Source: a virus
Length of the DNA stretch: 64,000 bases
Virus record (IMG/VR): IMGVR_UViG_3300042335_000796
Coordinates: 27,524 to 91,523 of that record
Reading direction: 5' to 3' (one strand)
Positions 1 through 10,814 of this stretch are shown one piece after another. The notes beneath the pieces are model-generated. The model saw nothing but the letters and a program-made list of their open reading frames with translations, was not told the origin of the DNA and made no database searches. The position numbers and the translations under genes are program-made. Position 1 is the first letter of the stretch. Each line of letters starts with the position of its first letter.

Positions 1-1
1 A

Positions 2-859
2 AACAAAGAGATTTTTGAAACTATTTATTTTGCTGCAATAACTGAAAGTAATGAATTATGTATTGAAGGAAATTATGCGCCATATTCATATTTTAAAGGT
101 TCACCAATGTCAAATGGTGTATTTCAATTTGATATGTGGGGACTTGATTCCAAATCCTTGTCAGGAAGATGGGATTGGGAACTTTTAAAAGAAAGGGTTA
201 TTAAATATGGTGTTTGTAATTCATTGTTTACAGCACAGATGCCTGTAGCCTCTTCCGCTAAAATAACAGGTTCATATGAGATGACAGAACCCGCACATTC
301 TGCAATCTTTAATAGAAGAGTTGTTGGTGGTGAAATTATGATTGTTAATAAATATTTAATTAACGATTTTGAAAAAATTGGTATATGGTGTGAGGAATTA
401 AAGAATGAAATTATAATGAATGATGGTTCAATTCAAAATATAAATTTTAATAATTATCTTGAACAAGATGATAAAAAATACAATTTTAAAATTTCAAGAA
501 TTGAGCATTTAATTAATAAGTATAAAACAATTTGGGAAATTTCACAAAAGTCATTAATTGAAATGGCTGCTGATAGGGCACCATTCATTGACCAATCACA
601 GTCTATGAACATTTATATGGCAAATCCAACGTTATCTAAAATTTCATCATCACATTTTTATTCTTGGGAAAAAGGTTTAAAAACAATGTGTTATTATGTT
701 AGAACTAAAGCAATATCAACAGGTGCTAAACATTTAGCTTTTGATATTTCAAAAGTTAAGCAAGAATTGCCAGAAACACCTAAAGTTGATTACACATATA
801 TGAATTTACCATCAAAACCTGAAAATTCACCGTTTGATTGTTTTGGTTGTTCGTCATAA
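2..859 (+). CDS. nrdA: Ribonucleotide reductase class Ia alpha subunit, C-terminal part (5' truncated by window edge)
   Basis: Frame is open from position 2 (NKEIFETIYFAA...). Motifs AQMPVASS, APFIDQSQSMN, GLKTMCYY and a C-terminal CxxC (CFGCSS). Confidence 0.95.
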   Translation, partial: NKEIFETIYFAAITESNELCIEGNYAPYSYFKGSPMSNGVFQFDMWGLDSKSLSGRWDWELLKERVIKYGVCNSLFTAQMPVASSAKITGSYEMTEPAHSAIFNRRVVGGEIMIVNKYLINDFEKIGIWCEELKNEIIMNDGSIQNINFNNYLEQDDKKYNFKISRIEHLINKYKTIWEISQKSLIEMAADRAPFIDQSQSMNIYMANPTLSKISSSHFYSWEKGLKTMCYYVRTKAISTGAKHLAFDISKVKQELPETPKVDYTYMNLPSKPENSPFDCFGCSS

Positions 860-881
860 AATGGATAACTTTAGATAATTT

Positions 882-908
882 AAAAAACCGCAAACTGCGG
901 TTTTTTTT
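882..908 (+). terminator. Intrinsic terminator after nrdA
   Basis: AAAAAACCGCA-AAC-TGCGGTTTTTTTT hairpin followed by a T run. Confidence 0.85.
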
Positions 909-946
909 ATTTATAAAAAAAATTGTTTCAGTATATTTATATACAT

Positions 947-1408
947 ATGGCAAATGGAAAAACATATGGAATTGATTTCCCATTTAATATTTCAGATAAA
1001 GGTCAGTATCTAAAATTAACTGAGACTGCAAATGATGAAATTAGGGCGAATTTAATTCATTTATTATTAACAAAAAAAGGTTCAAGATATTTTTTACCAG
1101 ACTTTGGTACTAATTTATATGGATTTATTTTTGACCCATTAGATTCGCCAACATTTACATCTATTGAATCAGATATAAAAGAATCTTGTGAAAAGTATTT
1201 ACCACAATTAAGAATAACTAATATTGAAATAACTGCTTTAGAATCTGAAGAAACTGATTCAATAATAACAACAAATGGTAATGATATTAATCGTGAATTT
1301 TTATTACCATCAGCAAATAAGAATGAATACACTGCAAAAGTTAGAATAGAATATGCTATAACAAATGATGTATTTAATTCTAAAGACTTTTTAATTATTA
1401 ATATTTAA
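947..1408 (+). CDS. Baseplate wedge protein, gp25/GPW-like
   Basis: LLLTKKGSRYFLPDFGTNL motif is typical of the gp25 family. ATG 947 follows the TATTTATA box at 934-941. Confidence 0.85.
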   Translation: MANGKTYGIDFPFNISDKGQYLKLTETANDEIRANLIHLLLTKKGSRYFLPDFGTNLYGFIFDPLDSPTFTSIESDIKESCEKYLPQLRITNIEITALESEETDSIITTNGNDINREFLLPSANKNEYTAKVRIEYAITNDVFNSKDFLIINI

Positions 1409-1413
1409 CCATA

Positions 1414-3255
1414 ATGGCTGAAAAAAGAATATCGTATACTGTCAGAGATTTTCAATCTTTAAGAACTGAATTAATCAACTTTACAAGAATATATTATCCA
1501 GATTTAATAGATAATTTCAATGATGCGGCAATATATTCAGCATTTTTAGACCTTAATGCTGCAATAGCAGATAATTTACATTATCATATTGATAGAAGTA
1601 TTCAAGAAACTGTTTTACAATTTGCTCAACAAAAATCCTCAATTTTTAATATTGCCAGAACTTATGGTTTAAAAATTCCAGGTCAAAGACCATCAGTAGC
1701 ACTCGTTGATTTTTCAATAACAGTTCCTGCAAATGGTGATAAAGATGATGAAAGGTATGAAGGATTATTAAGACGTGGAGCTCAAGTTTTTGGTGCTGGT
1801 CAAATTTTTGAAACAGTTAATGATATTGATTTTTCATCACCATATAATGCTGAAGGTTTTCCTAATAGATTAAAAATTCCTAATTTTGATTCCAATAGTA
1901 ATTTAATTAATTATACAATAACTAAACGTGAAATTGTTGTAAATGGTGTAACTAAAGTTTTTAAACAAGTAATTACACCTGCTGATGTAAAACCATTTCT
2001 TGAATTATTTTTACCTGAAAAAAATGTTTTGGGGGTGACTTCAGTAATACAAAAAGACGGGACAAATTATGCAAATGTACCAACAGCACAAGAGTTTCTT
2101 TCATCTGTTGGTAAATGGTATGAAGTTGATGCCTTGATTCAAGATAAGGTTTTTATTGAAGACCCAACTAAACCAACAGACCAAGCAGGATTAAAAGTTG
2201 GTAAATATATAACAACAAATAACAAATTTATTACTGAATATACTCCAGAGGGTTTTTATAAATTAACATTTGGTGGTGGAAATACTTCTGCCGAAGAACA
2301 ATTAAGAGAATTTGCAAGAACTGGTCTAAATGTTCAGCCTATGGAAAGATATTTAAATAATTTTTCTTTGGGTAGTGCATTGCAACCTAATACAACATTA
2401 TTTATTCAGTATCGTGTTGGTGGTGGATTAGCGACAAACGTTGGTGTTAATGTAATTAATCAAATCGGTACTGTATCATTTTTTGTAAATGGACCATCAG
2501 AAATTCTAAATTCTTCAGTTATAAGTTCACTAAGGTGTAATAATATTACTGCAGCGATTGGTGGTAGTGGTTTACCAACAATTGAAGAGATTAGAAATTT
2601 TGTGGCTTTTAATTTTGCCGCACAAAATAGAGCAGTTACAATTAATGATTATGAATCAATAATTAGAAAAATGCCTTCACAGTTTGGGGCACCAGCTAAA
2701 GTTGCAATTCTTGAGGAAGATAATAAAGTTAAAGTTAAAATTTTATCATATGATGCTTCAGGGTCATTAACACAAATTGTGTCGAATACTTTAATTAATA
2801 ATATAGCAACCTATTTATCAAATTATAGGATGCTTAATGATTATATTTCAATTGAAACTGCAGAAGTTATTGATTTAGGTATGGAACTTTCAGTTGTTTT
2901 AGACAGCACACAAAACCAGGGGGTTGTCATATCATCAATTATTGATACAATATCTAATTATTTTAATCCTGCTGTCAGACAATTAGGACAAAACGTTAAT
3001 ATTTCTGAATTGACAAGGATTGTTCAGGGGCAAAATGGTGTATTATCTTTGGGAGAAATAAAAGTTTTTAATCTCGTTGGTGGACAATATTCATCATCAG
3101 AAACTTCAATGACATATTCTGACAATGCAACTAAACAAATTTCATTTGTTGATAATAACATTTTTGCATTACCAAATCAAATATATCAAATAAGATTTCC
3201 TAATAAAGATATTACGGTTAGAGTTAAAAATTTTAAGACTATCAGCATTCAATAA
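1414..3255 (+). CDS. Baseplate wedge subunit, T4 gp6 / baseplate J-like
   Basis: N-terminal RDFQSLRTELI...ARTYG, QYRVGGG and AQNRAVTINDYE motifs; follows the gp25-like gene. Confidence 0.85.
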   Translation: MAEKRISYTVRDFQSLRTELINFTRIYYPDLIDNFNDAAIYSAFLDLNAAIADNLHYHIDRSIQETVLQFAQQKSSIFNIARTYGLKIPGQRPSVALVDFSITVPANGDKDDERYEGLLRRGAQVFGAGQIFETVNDIDFSSPYNAEGFPNRLKIPNFDSNSNLINYTITKREIVVNGVTKVFKQVITPADVKPFLELFLPEKNVLGVTSVIQKDGTNYANVPTAQEFLSSVGKWYEVDALIQDKVFIEDPTKPTDQAGLKVGKYITTNNKFITEYTPEGFYKLTFGGGNTSAEEQLREFARTGLNVQPMERYLNNFSLGSALQPNTTLFIQYRVGGGLATNVGVNVINQIGTVSFFVNGPSEILNSSVISSLRCNNITAAIGGSGLPTIEEIRNFVAFNFAAQNRAVTINDYESIIRKMPSQFGAPAKVAILEEDNKVKVKILSYDASGSLTQIVSNTLINNIATYLSNYRMLNDYISIETAEVIDLGMELSVVLDSTQNQGVVISSIIDTISNYFNPAVRQLGQNVNISELTRIVQGQNGVLSLGEIKVFNLVGGQYSSSETSMTYSDNATKQISFVDNNIFALPNQIYQIRFPNKDITVRVKNFKTISIQ

Positions 3256-3311
3256 TCTATTTAAGATTTCTCATTTCTTACTATTTATTAGTAAATTAAT
3301 TTAAATTAATA

Positions 3312-6300
3312 ATGGGTAAATCGTATAGAATTAGAACCAAAGTTGGTTCAAATGAAAATATTAATATATTATTAGAACAAGATTTTGAACAACTTGAAAT
3401 TTTATCACTTAAAATACGACAAGATGATGTATATATACGTTCTTGCGCTGATTATGGAGTAATTACTGGTAGAGTATTTTGTAATGGCGGATTTGGGGTT
3501 CCAAACGCTAAAGTTTCAATATTTATACCAATAAGTAATGAAGATGAGAATAACCCATTAATATCAACAATTTACCCATACAAAACAGTTTCAGATGTTA
3601 ATGAAGATGGTTTTAAATTTAATTTACTACCTTATGTTCCATCATATCCTGGACATGTACCAACGGGGACTTTTCCATCAAGATTAGATGCAATTAATGA
3701 CCAGAATGTTATAGAATTATATGATAAATATTATAAATATACTGTAACAACTAATGATAGTGGAGATTATATGATTTTTGGAGTACCTGTTGGTACTCAA
3801 ACAATTGTAATGAATGTTGATTTATCTGATATTGGTCAATTTTCATTATCACCTCAAGATATTATTAGATTAGGTATTGGTAATGAGTCACAAATTGATG
3901 GTTTAAATTTTAAATCGTCACCAAACTTTAATGAGTTACCACAAATTGTTGTAATAAATAAAGTTATTGAAGTTTCACCATTTTGGGGTCAAGATGATGT
4001 ATGTCAAATTGGTATTACAAGGTCAGATTTTGATTTGACAAATGAAGCTAATATTGAAATTCAACCAACAGCTGTTTTTATGGGCTCAATTTTTTCATCA
4101 TCCGATACAAAATATTTGGGTAAAAATTGTAATATTAAAAATAGACAAGGTAATTTATGTGATTTGGTAACAGGCCCTGGAGAAATTGTAGCAATTAGGC
4201 AAACGGTTTTTAAAGATTCAAATGGTGACCCAATACTTGAACAACATTTATTAGATAACGATGGTAAAGTTATCGATGAAAATGGCTCATTTTTAGTTGA
4301 GTTACCAATGAATTTAGAATATGTAACAACTAATGAATTTGGCCAGCAAATAATATCTTCAGACCCAAAAATTGGAATACCAACAAAAGGTAAATATAGA
4401 TTTAAGATTAAATATCAAACTGATAAAAATGGTACACCAATATTAAATGGTACAAGTACAGCAATTAAAGGTACAGTAAATCGTGCAAATTTTATCGTTC
4501 CACAAATTAGAGAATATGGCTGGATTGATTCAATAACTGACCCAGCAACAAAATTAATCGGCATTACTAATTATGATTTATTTCAAAAATCATATGCTTT
4601 TAGTTTAGATTGGAATGACTATCCTGATAAAAATGCCGCAATTAATTGTGAAGATTTTTTTTATGAAATGGCGTATAATAAAGTTTATACAACTGCACAA
4701 TTAATTGATGAGTATAGGCAAGGCGGTGGTAGAGCTAAATTTTTAGGTATTAAAGAAATTTTAGATGATACTTGTGAAACAGAAAACAATAAGTTTCCAG
4801 TAAATGATGGGGTTAGAAATTTTGACTTTTTATTTTTCATTTTAAATATTTTTAATACGTTATTTACCAGAACAATTATTACATTAATTCCAATATTACA
4901 TTTAATAGCTATATTATGGCCAATTTTAAAGTGGGTATTATTTACTGTTATTGGTTCATTGTTTGGTTATTTGACTTATTATTTTACTGCTGCAGTAATA
5001 ACTTCTTTAGCTACGGTTCCCCCAGATGTTGCAGATTCAATACTTAATGGAGTTTTGGCAGCAATATTTGCAGGAATTACTGTTGCATATTTTGTTAAAA
5101 TTACGCCATTAGTTCCTAAATTCAAATTTAAAGGCTTATCATTACCAATGTTAAGTTATCCTGAATGTCAAACATGTTCATGTGATATAGATGATTTAGA
5201 TGATGATGAAATTACCGACCAGTTAGCTGTTGTTGGTAATGAGTCAGAATTTAAAATTGGAAATTATACAATTTATAATCGTTCAAATGGTTCAACAATA
5301 GCTGATTTAAATTCTAATACTACCTGGGCAGGATTAGTTGGGGATTTAGGTTCAACACAACCAGTTGGATTGGACCCTGATAATTATTCTGGAAGTCAAA
5401 GTAAAAAACAAGAAAAGTATAATGCTGATTTATTTGGTTTTAGATATGCTTTAGCGGGGTATCCGATTGGTGAAGAAATGGGTACGCCAATTGTTAGAAA
5501 CTATTCAGTGAGTAATAATGATAATAATAATTCATATTATTTAAGTAAAGATGTTACTTTATCACAATCGTTAAATTTAGCAAATTTAAGAAGTAGATAT
5601 TTCACGCAAGAAAACATTATACAAACAACAGTAAATAATTCAACATTACCATTTACTGATAGTATAATGATTTTACTATTAGACCAAAATAGTACATATC
5701 AATTTTCCCCAGGTACACTATTATCATTTGTTAATCCAAACGATAGTACAATTCTTAATGACCCAAATATTACTGGTGGTACATTAAATCAATTTGGTAC
5801 AAATTCTATCACAGGTACCTCTGTTAGCACTAAATTAATTAATCAACAATATATTAAACCTGATGGAACAATTGGAACATCAGTATTTAGTGTTAATAGC
5901 TCAATTACTGAGCAAGAATATTTATATAAAACTGGTATTGAATATTTCCAAGTTATAACTGGATTAACAACTGATTCAATAAATAATTTAATTACTGCTG
6001 GTAATTCATTATTAAAAAATTATTTATTAGATAAGAATCAAAGTATAACATATTTTAATCCTGATACAAATTCATTAAATACTGTAAATATTAACCCTTT
6101 AAAGTCTATTGGGGCTGACTCTTGGAAAAATTATGATGTTCTTATTTTAACTCGTGGTGTTGACCCATATACTGAGAAACAAAACATTAAATACGATTTA
6201 TCTAAATTATTTGGATATTCTTTAGGTAGTGATACAATTACTGTTGAAGGTGAATATTTCTTAAATATTCCAATACAAGCAAATTCTGGTTCAGGTTCTT

Positions 6301-8273
6301 GGTTTAATGACTATAAAACTCCAGAATCACATATTGTATCATATACAACATCAAAAATATTTTATACACCATATAATTTTAATGTAAGTGGTTCATATAC
6401 TTCAGTTACGACAAATTCGTTAAGTTATTATTCATCATTAGATAAGAGCCAAGCATTATTCAAACCTGATGCTACAGCTTTAAGAGTTGAATATTTTACA
6501 AATCCTGATGGTGTTCAAGATGGTGTTAATAATCAAATATTTTTTGATTCTTTAAACAATATAAGACAAGGGATTATTGAAGGTGGAACTTACATGGCAG
6601 CAAGTAATTTAAGTAGCATTGGTAATATTAGTGGATTATCTGCAAGAGTGTATTCACCAAAATATTCAACAATTTCTACAAGCATTGGTGGACCAGCTCC
6701 AAAATTAGTTATGAGGTCTGATAGATTACCTACATCAGATATTGTTCAAGATAATAATAGTAATTCATTTGCCTTTAATTTAAATGATAATTTTGCAATA
6801 TACGTTATTAGTCAAAATGGTAATTCTGAAGTTATATCATTAGGTAATGACGATTCTAATGACAATTTAGAAGATTTTATTCAAAGAATGCCACAATTGG
6901 CTAATAGTGTTGGTTCAACCTTTAATTGTAAAGGTATGGTACCATTAAAATGTTATAAATCAACATCTACAGGTATTGTTGTAAAAACACCTTGTAAAGA
7001 TAATGAAAACCCTGTAAGAGTAAAAGAAGGTTGTTATAAAATAATTCAAAAACCTTATATTTTAAATATAACGAAAGACATTCAAAATATTATTGAATGG
7101 AATTCCAGATTTAGATTTACATTTGCTTTATGTAGAGATGTTGTATCGTTTACATTTGTTAATAATTGGATAAATGGTGGTTTATATATGTATTCATTCC
7201 AAAAAGATGATGTATATCCAAGCAATCCTAATAACACAAAATATAATAGTTTACCTGATTATAGATATTGTAAAAACAATTTAGTCTTTCATGAACAAAG
7301 TAATTCTTTCTTTTATCGTGCAACACCATATATTAGTGGAAATACTACTTTTTATGGTAAGGAAGCCCCAAAAAATATTTTTGGAGATTATTTTTCAGCA
7401 TCTAACACAAAATTACTTGGTAACCCAACAACAATCACAGATTTGGGACCAAAATCAGATGTAATTAAACAATTGAATTTTGCTAAAGAATATTTAGGGT
7501 ATGTTGTTGATGCAATACCATCAACAACATATAATGACATTTCAGATGTTGTACAATTGTATGTGGTTTCAAGATTGATTAATACTAATTTCTTAGAGCA
7601 ACTTTTAAAGTTTAATGATGGCTCAATTAATAGTTTATTTAGTCGTCAAAATTATAGAATTGATGGTGATTTAGCACAATTAATTAGTATAAATTCAGAA
7701 TTTGGTGTTATACCATATTTTGGAGCAAACTATGCGGATTCAAATATATCATATAGTGAATTTAATAATAAACCAACCATAGGAATATTTTATTCCGCAA
7801 ATACTTTAGATAGGGATTATTTATCTCCAGGTAGAGAAACTTTTTATGATGATAGAACAAATTTTATATCTCAAAAATATGGATTTAGAGACCAAAAAGT
7901 GCCATATTATTATTGGAATATTGAAAATACTGCAAAAATATTTGGAAATGAAAAAAATGATTGGTTAATAAAAAATACTCAAAATGGAATAAGTTCAGTA
8001 AAATATCAATCTGTTGATAGATTATTTGCCAATAGTTTATCTAATCCGACATTCCCATCTGATATCCGTAAACCTTCTACAGAAATTCCTGGATATATTT
8101 ATAACTCTAAGTTTTTAGGTACTGAAATAGTTTCTAATGCAGATTTGCCAAATAATTTTAAACAAAATATTCTTGTGGGTGCACCTTATCATTTTTATTT
8201 TGGATTAAAAATTGGTAAAACTTCAATGAATAAATTTATTACAAAATATATAAACAATATTGAACAATTATGA
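3312..8273 (+). CDS. Large virion/baseplate-associated protein (1653 aa) with an internal hydrophobic segment
   Basis: Long ORF in the structural operon. N-terminal beta-sandwich-like region (GVPNAKVSIF, TTNDSGDYMIFGVPVG); hydrophobic stretch at about aa 505-595. Confidence 0.6.
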   Translation: MGKSYRIRTKVGSNENINILLEQDFEQLEILSLKIRQDDVYIRSCADYGVITGRVFCNGGFGVPNAKVSIFIPISNEDENNPLISTIYPYKTVSDVNEDGFKFNLLPYVPSYPGHVPTGTFPSRLDAINDQNVIELYDKYYKYTVTTNDSGDYMIFGVPVGTQTIVMNVDLSDIGQFSLSPQDIIRLGIGNESQIDGLNFKSSPNFNELPQIVVINKVIEVSPFWGQDDVCQIGITRSDFDLTNEANIEIQPTAVFMGSIFSSSDTKYLGKNCNIKNRQGNLCDLVTGPGEIVAIRQTVFKDSNGDPILEQHLLDNDGKVIDENGSFLVELPMNLEYVTTNEFGQQIISSDPKIGIPTKGKYRFKIKYQTDKNGTPILNGTSTAIKGTVNRANFIVPQIREYGWIDSITDPATKLIGITNYDLFQKSYAFSLDWNDYPDKNAAINCEDFFYEMAYNKVYTTAQLIDEYRQGGGRAKFLGIKEILDDTCETENNKFPVNDGVRNFDFLFFILNIFNTLFTRTIITLIPILHLIAILWPILKWVLFTVIGSLFGYLTYYFTAAVITSLATVPPDVADSILNGVLAAIFAGITVAYFVKITPLVPKFKFKGLSLPMLSYPECQTCSCDIDDLDDDEITDQLAVVGNESEFKIGNYTIYNRSNGSTIADLNSNTTWAGLVGDLGSTQPVGLDPDNYSGSQSKKQEKYNADLFGFRYALAGYPIGEEMGTPIVRNYSVSNNDNNNSYYLSKDVTLSQSLNLANLRSRYFTQENIIQTTVNNSTLPFTDSIMILLLDQNSTYQFSPGTLLSFVNPNDSTILNDPNITGGTLNQFGTNSITGTSVSTKLINQQYIKPDGTIGTSVFSVNSSITEQEYLYKTGIEYFQVITGLTTDSINNLITAGNSLLKNYLLDKNQSITYFNPDTNSLNTVNINPLKSIGADSWKNYDVLILTRGVDPYTEKQNIKYDLSKLFGYSLGSDTITVEGEYFLNIPIQANSGSGSWFNDYKTPESHIVSYTTSKIFYTPYNFNVSGSYTSVTTNSLSYYSSLDKSQALFKPDATALRVEYFTNPDGVQDGVNNQIFFDSLNNIRQGIIEGGTYMAASNLSSIGNISGLSARVYSPKYSTISTSIGGPAPKLVMRSDRLPTSDIVQDNNSNSFAFNLNDNFAIYVISQNGNSEVISLGNDDSNDNLEDFIQRMPQLANSVGSTFNCKGMVPLKCYKSTSTGIVVKTPCKDNENPVRVKEGCYKIIQKPYILNITKDIQNIIEWNSRFRFTFALCRDVVSFTFVNNWINGGLYMYSFQKDDVYPSNPNNTKYNSLPDYRYCKNNLVFHEQSNSFFYRATPYISGNTTFYGKEAPKNIFGDYFSASNTKLLGNPTTITDLGPKSDVIKQLNFAKEYLGYVVDAIPSTTYNDISDVVQLYVVSRLINTNFLEQLLKFNDGSINSLFSRQNYRIDGDLAQLISINSEFGVIPYFGANYADSNISYSEFNNKPTIGIFYSANTLDRDYLSPGRETFYDDRTNFISQKYGFRDQKVPYYYWNIENTAKIFGNEKNDWLIKNTQNGISSVKYQSVDRLFANSLSNPTFPSDIRKPSTEIPGYIYNSKFLGTEIVSNADLPNNFKQNILVGAPYHFYFGLKIGKTSMNKFITKYINNIEQL

Positions 8274-10027
8274 TGGATATTAAAATTATATTAGGTTCAT
8301 TAAAGTATAAAAGTTCAGTAGACACTGATAATTTTATATCCGTACCATTTTTAAATAAAATTAAAGAGCTTGATGAATTTGATAGAAATATTAATTATAA
8401 TCTTGCGCAATTATTTGATGATGAAAGACAAGCATCATCAATATTTAGGATATCGGCAAAAATTGATTTTCTTTTTAAGAATGTATATTCAGGATTTACA
8501 AATTCATCAATTTTAAATTATAAACCATTTACTAATAATTTAGCATATGTTGATGCTGTAACTTCATTATTAACTAATAATTGGGGTGGATATCCACAAT
8601 ATAGCGAATTTGATTTAATTAGGACTGATAATAAAGTATCAGGTTATACTACAAATTCTGGAACAACTCAACCACATATTAAATTTATTAATAAAAGTGC
8701 ATCAACATATAATTGGACACAGTATATAACATATCCTTATGAAAACGATAATAATAAAAAGTTACAATACCATATTACACAATCAAACAATCATATTTGG
8801 ACATGTTCAGATGGAATACCTTTTTATATAAAAAGACCTTATACAATAAATGGACAACCTTGCATATCTTTTATTTGTCCAGTTAAACATAATTTAAAAA
8901 TTGGCGATTGGGTTGAAATTGAATTTGTAAATCCTTGGAGCGGTTATAATGGGGTTAAAACTTTTCAAGTGTATTCGTTAGGTAATAATTCATACCAATC
9001 TGATGAATATATATTTAATATTTATGATATCGGGTTTACAGGGTTTACATTTTTAAATTTATCTAAAGGTACTTTTAAAAGAATTTTAGATATTGCTAAT
9101 TCTGCAGAAACCAAATCAATATATTATGTTAGAAAGCATAAAGTATTAACTACCGTAAAAGATTCAGTATTAAATAATGCTGGATATAATCTAAACCCTT
9201 TTAATGTTAAAAAACAATTTGAATATATTACTCCAGATAATCAAACACGGACATCAATCATTGAAAATAATCAATCATATTTATTAAATTTTACAAAAGA
9301 TATTGATATATCAAAGTACAAAGATAATCTAAATAGACCTTTAACACAATTATTTGTAACAATAATAAATAAAGGGTATTTTGGGTGGTTTAATAGACCA
9401 ATATCATCATCTAATTCAGGAATTAGACAAGGGTATTCATTTAATTTAACAAATTATATTTCACCATATTGGAGTTTAACAAATAATGCAATAAATAAAA
9501 CAAATTTAATTGTTGATTCTTATATTAGAACAGAAGGTTCAACTAATTTTCAATTTTATTACACAAAAGATTTAAATGCTGGGGATACTCTTGATGGTGA
9601 TTATTGTGAATTTAATAAATTTGAACAAGAAGAAAAAGTTTTATCAAATTTGTATCATAAATTATATTTTAATCCTAATCTTTTTAAAATTCAAAAAATC
9701 AGCACATCAAATCCTGAAGGTTATTATTATCAACCACACTATCCAATTACTTTAAGGGCCTATTCATCATATATTGAACAAGACAGTATTAATAATTCAG
9801 CATCAGCACCAAATTATTCATATTTTTCAGAATATTCTCAAAATTTAATTTGGAGAGATATATACAATTATGGATTTATAGATGATTCTGGAGTTGGTGT
9901 TGATTATCCATTTTTAAATGGTGCTCATTACCCAACAATAAACATAATATTTAGATTATTCCCTGAAGGAAATGTAACTCAAAATATTACAACAATACAA
10001 AATCCAACAATAGATAATTGTGAATAA
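8270..10027 (+). CDS. Putative structural (baseplate/tail) protein
   Basis: 585 aa ORF overlapping both neighbours in the structural operon. Confidence 0.5.
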   Translation: MMDIKIILGSLKYKSSVDTDNFISVPFLNKIKELDEFDRNINYNLAQLFDDERQASSIFRISAKIDFLFKNVYSGFTNSSILNYKPFTNNLAYVDAVTSLLTNNWGGYPQYSEFDLIRTDNKVSGYTTNSGTTQPHIKFINKSASTYNWTQYITYPYENDNNKKLQYHITQSNNHIWTCSDGIPFYIKRPYTINGQPCISFICPVKHNLKIGDWVEIEFVNPWSGYNGVKTFQVYSLGNNSYQSDEYIFNIYDIGFTGFTFLNLSKGTFKRILDIANSAETKSIYYVRKHKVLTTVKDSVLNNAGYNLNPFNVKKQFEYITPDNQTRTSIIENNQSYLLNFTKDIDISKYKDNLNRPLTQLFVTIINKGYFGWFNRPISSSNSGIRQGYSFNLTNYISPYWSLTNNAINKTNLIVDSYIRTEGSTNFQFYYTKDLNAGDTLDGDYCEFNKFEQEEKVLSNLYHKLYFNPNLFKIQKISTSNPEGYYYQPHYPITLRAYSSYIEQDSINNSASAPNYSYFSEYSQNLIWRDIYNYGFIDDSGVGVDYPFLNGAHYPTINIIFRLFPEGNVTQNITTIQNPTIDNCE

Positions 10028-10814
10028 TTATAAATTAATTTTAAATGTAAATTCAACCAAAGAATTAAATATACCAATTCAAATGGATTGGGATTATTTG
10101 GATAGAAGTGATAGTTTAATCGATTTTGAACAAAAAACAATCAATGAAATAATAAATAATGATAAAGATTTTGAAGTTGAAAGGTTTTCACATGCTGGAA
10201 ATTTAAATGATACTGAAATAAATTATAATTTTTATTTTGCACCATCTGGGGCAACTTCGGCAAATACAATATGGGATAAATCATATATTACGCAAGGGTT
10301 TACACCAAATCAGATTTATTATTCGAGTAATAGTTTTGTTCGTTCATTTTTTAAATTAGATTTTTATGATACGACAAATCAAAAAGACCAAAAAAACTAT
10401 TTTACAATAATTTTAACGCCACCAAATAGTATTACGCCTGAAATTGCCGTAGCTACAAATTTTTTAAATGTTAAAATTCCAACATTTAAAATGGATTACA
10501 TCGGAAATAAAGAAGGATTTTTTATTTATTGGCTAAAGAATAGAGATTTCATCAATATTGATACTTTTTACATGACGGCTAAATTTTTTGATGCTAAAAA
10601 TGGAATCTTTTATAAGATGATGAATAGACCACAATCAACATTAAGTGGTATAAATAAATTTAATTTTTCACAAGAAAATTATTTTTATTATAAAGTCAAG
10701 TTAGATTATAGCACTTATCAATATAGTGTTTATGATATAAATAATCCATTAACTGAAGTTTTAGTTGGGGATTCATTAAATCCAATAAAATGGTACGAAT
10801 ATATTAACCCATGA
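10020..10814 (+). CDS. Putative structural protein
   Basis: 264 aa ORF, translationally coupled within the structural operon. Confidence 0.5.
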   Translation: MNNYKLILNVNSTKELNIPIQMDWDYLDRSDSLIDFEQKTINEIINNDKDFEVERFSHAGNLNDTEINYNFYFAPSGATSANTIWDKSYITQGFTPNQIYYSSNSFVRSFFKLDFYDTTNQKDQKNYFTIILTPPNSITPEIAVATNFLNVKIPTFKMDYIGNKEGFFIYWLKNRDFINIDTFYMTAKFFDAKNGIFYKMMNRPQSTLSGINKFNFSQENYFYYKVKLDYSTYQYSVYDINNPLTEVLVGDSLNPIKWYEYINP

